NCBI GenBank assembly: GCA_963752595.1
Contig: CAVVYZ010000009.1
Span: forward strand, 64,001 to 128,000
DNA length: 64,000 nt
Reading direction: 5' to 3'
Source: an uncultured delta proteobacterium
Lineage (GTDB): Bacteria; Desulfobacterota; Desulfomonilia; UBA1062
Position numbers and translations under genes: made by a program
The notes under the pieces: model-generated
What the model was told of the DNA's origin: nothing
Databases searched by the model: none
The model's input: only the letters and a program-made list of their open reading frames with translations
Part shown: positions 61,554 through 64,000 of the stretch, piece after piece
Layout: every line of letters begins with the position of its first letter
How positions within the stretch are numbered: the first letter of the stretch is position 1

Positions 61554-63988
61554 CAATAGATCTCCTTGAGAAGGAGCTGATCCTTGGCGGATTGCTCCTC
61601 CTGCTGAGTAGGCACTGCACCGGCCTTGTAGCACTCGAACCGGACATCGGTGGCGGCCTCTGAAGCAAGCTTCCCTGTCTTTGCATCGATCTTGACGAAC
61701 ACGATTCCATCGGGAACCCGGAAATCCTTGACTGGTCTGTTGCTGAGTGCGGACCGCATGAAGTCCGTAAAGATGGGGCAGGCAGATGAACCGCCGGTAT
61801 CTGTCTTCCCGAGGGATATCATATTGTCATCATATCCCAGCCATACCCCGCAGAGGACGTCCGGGGTATAGCCTACAAACCATGCATCCCGGTTCTCATC
61901 GCTCGTACCGGTTTTGCCTGCAACAGGACGGCCGAGTTCCTTGGCCCGCCACCCGGTCCCATGCTGCACTGCATCGCTGAGTATATTGGTAACGAGATAC
62001 GCTGTCTGCTCTGAAATGACACGCTTTTCTGTGCCCAAGGTTTCCTCGGGTGCGATCTCACCAGTAGTATCCTGAACAGCCGGGGCCGTAAGGGCATCCG
62101 GTATCGCCGGAATATCCTGGTCAACCGCAGGATCCAGGGTAGCCGCTGCATCCGGATCAGGTTCGTCCGGGGGTTTGCTCACAATACGTACAGGAGGGCT
62201 TGCCGTGAAGATGGCTCCTTCTCCTGCCTGTGAGATGCTCTGGATTATATAAGGCTCGAATATCAGACCGTATGTTGCAAATGTCGCATATCCCTTGAAA
62301 AGATTGTACGGGACAACTACGCCGGAGCCCAGGGCAAGCGAGAGGTTCCTCGGGAATGCCGTTCCCATGTCGAACTGCTTGAGGTACGAGAGGGCATAGC
62401 CGATGCCGATATCCTTGAGGATCTTGACGGTAACGACGTTCCTCGATTGGACAAGGCCGGTGCGGAGCGTCGTGGCCCCGTAAAAATCGCCCTCATAGTT
62501 CTTCGGCTTCCACGCTTCCTCATCATCCTGCGTCTGGAAGCTGATGGGGGTATCGAAGATGATGCTCGAAGGGGTAAACCCCTTGTCCATAGCTGCTGCG
62601 TAAATAAAAGGCTTTATCGCCGATCCGCTCTGCCTCCTTGCGTAAACAGCCCGGTTGAACTGGCTCAGGGAATAATCGGTTCCTCCCACAAGGGCTGTTA
62701 CGCCTCCTGTCTCGAGGTCAAAGGCCACAAGAGCTCCCTGGACTTTGGTCTGATGGAAGAGCACGAACCCGTCGGTAGTGGAACACAGACGGACCATATC
62801 ACCTTGCTTGAGCGCACCTCTCGGTTTCCAGCTCCCCTTTGGATTGATCCACGCATAACTCTCCGGACCGAGCTCCACATTCCTTCCGCCGATGTCCACG
62901 ACAAGGGGGGAAACAGCCTGGACCACCGCCCAGTAAAGCTGGTAGAGCTTGGGTCCCTGCCAGGCCAGCTGATTCGCCTGGAAAGCCAGCAGCTTCGCCT
63001 TCTCCGCATCGCTGATCCCTTCTTCAGGCCCCTGGTATTTCCCAATCCGCATTTCAAGCTCGATGACGCCTTTGTGCATGGATTGTTCCGCCGCATCCTG
63101 AAGGTGGGGTGAAATGGTTGTCTGGATCGTGATGCCTTTTGAAAAGATTTCTTCTCCGAATCTCTGGGTGACCAGTGCCTTTACATAGTCGGTCACATAA
63201 GGATAGTCGGAAAAAAGCGCTACAGCCTCCCCTTTGATCATAAGGGGCTCCCTATAGGATTCTGCAGCTTCTGCCTCGCTGATATACCCTTCCTCGATCA
63301 TGCGGGTAAGCACATAGTTCTGCCGTCTCTTGGCAGCGGGGAAATCGTTCAAAGGAGAGTACCGCGCCGGGGCGGGGGCGAGGCCTGCGATCATGGCCAT
63401 CTCGGCCAATGAGAGTGATTTGCAGTCCTTGTCGAAATATCTTAAGGATGCAGCCCCTACCCCGTACGCACCGCTTCCCAGATACAGACGGTTGAGGTAG
63501 AGGTCGAGAATCTGTTCCTTGGAAAGGGCACGTTCTATGCGAAATGCCAGGACTATCTCCTTGAGTTTTCTCGTGATGGTCTTTTCCCGACTGAGGAGGT
63601 ACGAGCGGACTACCTGCTGGGTGATAGTGGATGCACCCTGGACATATGAATTGGCCCGGATGTCGGCAATCAGCGCACTGATGATCCTTTTGAGATCGAG
63701 CCCCGCGTGCTTGTAGAACGCCGAATCTTCAGCAGAGATAAAGGCCTGTTTGAGACGTTCGGGGATCTCTTTGCCTTTCAGGACGACCATGCCCTCCTCT
63801 GGGAAATAGCCTATGGGCTTGCCGTCCGAAGCGAGAACAATGCTTAAGCGTGTAGGCTCGAGGTTTTTCAACTCTCGGATCGAGGGGAGGTCCCTATAGA
63901 TAAACCAGTACATCCATGCCCCGATCAAGAGGGAGATACAAACCATTAGCCCGACACAAAACCCGATGAAGATCTTAAGCCATCTCAT
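61553..63988 (-). CDS. mrcA: Penicillin-binding protein 1A
   Basis: AEDSAFYKH; GASTITQQ; RKLKE; SAIK (SxxK); SRN; KTG. Confidence 0.95.
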   Translation of the reverse strand: MRWLKIFIGFCVGLMVCISLLIGAWMYWFIYRDLPSIRELKNLEPTRLSIVLASDGKPIGYFPEEGMVVLKGKEIPERLKQAFISAEDSAFYKHAGLDLKRIISALIADIRANSYVQGASTITQQVVRSYLLSREKTITRKLKEIVLAFRIERALSKEQILDLYLNRLYLGSGAYGVGAASLRYFDKDCKSLSLAEMAMIAGLAPAPARYSPLNDFPAAKRRQNYVLTRMIEEGYISEAEAAESYREPLMIKGEAVALFSDYPYVTDYVKALVTQRFGEEIFSKGITIQTTISPHLQDAAEQSMHKGVIELEMRIGKYQGPEEGISDAEKAKLLAFQANQLAWQGPKLYQLYWAVVQAVSPLVVDIGGRNVELGPESYAWINPKGSWKPRGALKQGDMVRLCSTTDGFVLFHQTKVQGALVAFDLETGGVTALVGGTDYSLSQFNRAVYARRQSGSAIKPFIYAAAMDKGFTPSSIIFDTPISFQTQDDEEAWKPKNYEGDFYGATTLRTGLVQSRNVVTVKILKDIGIGYALSYLKQFDMGTAFPRNLSLALGSGVVVPYNLFKGYATFATYGLIFEPYIIQSISQAGEGAIFTASPPVRIVSKPPDEPDPDAAATLDPAVDQDIPAIPDALTAPAVQDTTGEIAPEETLGTEKRVISEQTAYLVTNILSDAVQHGTGWRAKELGRPVAGKTGTSDENRDAWFVGYTPDVLCGVWLGYDDNMISLGKTDTGGSSACPIFTDFMRSALSNRPVKDFRVPDGIVFVKIDAKTGKLASEAATDVRFECYKAGAVPTQQEEQSAKDQLLLKEIY

Positions 63989-64000
63989 AGCTCACCCATA

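Noticed and set aside
1-64000. CRISPR array, rRNA, IS elements or prophage
   Set aside because: No regularly spaced repeats, rRNA signatures, transposases or phage genes were seen.

Overview
Chromosomal window (~55% GC) from an anaerobic deltaproteobacterium-like organism, probably Desulfobacterota/syntroph-like (inferred from gene content). In order it holds: a glycyl-radical enzyme (GRE) with activase and a tandem flavin-split-barrel protein; an NrpR-type regulator; a B12 radical SAM enzyme; nitroreductase; rlmB, fdhD and paaI; a damaged OMP gene; a PEP-CTERM-like gene beside PrsK/PrsR; a HEAT/ParA/coiled-coil operon that closely resembles the Myxococcus PomY-PomZ-PomX division-site system plus a fourth small gene; priA; serS with two tRNA-Ser; an AsmA/YhdP-like gene; hflX (apparent AUA start) behind an RfaH-like NusG paralog; ftsEX-envC-ctpA-yibQ; flhB-flhA-flhF-flhG-fliA-cheY and a HEAT/HDOD/CheR module; radC; NtrY/NtrX; lpxC; tatBC; fdhE; an acyl-CoA ligase with a 2-hydroxyacyl-CoA dehydratase; an ABC binding protein; a LysM protein; and PBP1A. 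Many frameshifts cluster at about 14.3-20.4 kb and 45.9-50.6 kb, including in housekeeping genes, and are most likely long-read consensus errors. No CRISPR array, rRNA or mobile element was seen. The best candidate for a little-described system is the compact PomXYZ-like operon, followed by the unassigned GRE cluster. Family assignments come from recognised motifs and recalled sequences, not from database searches.
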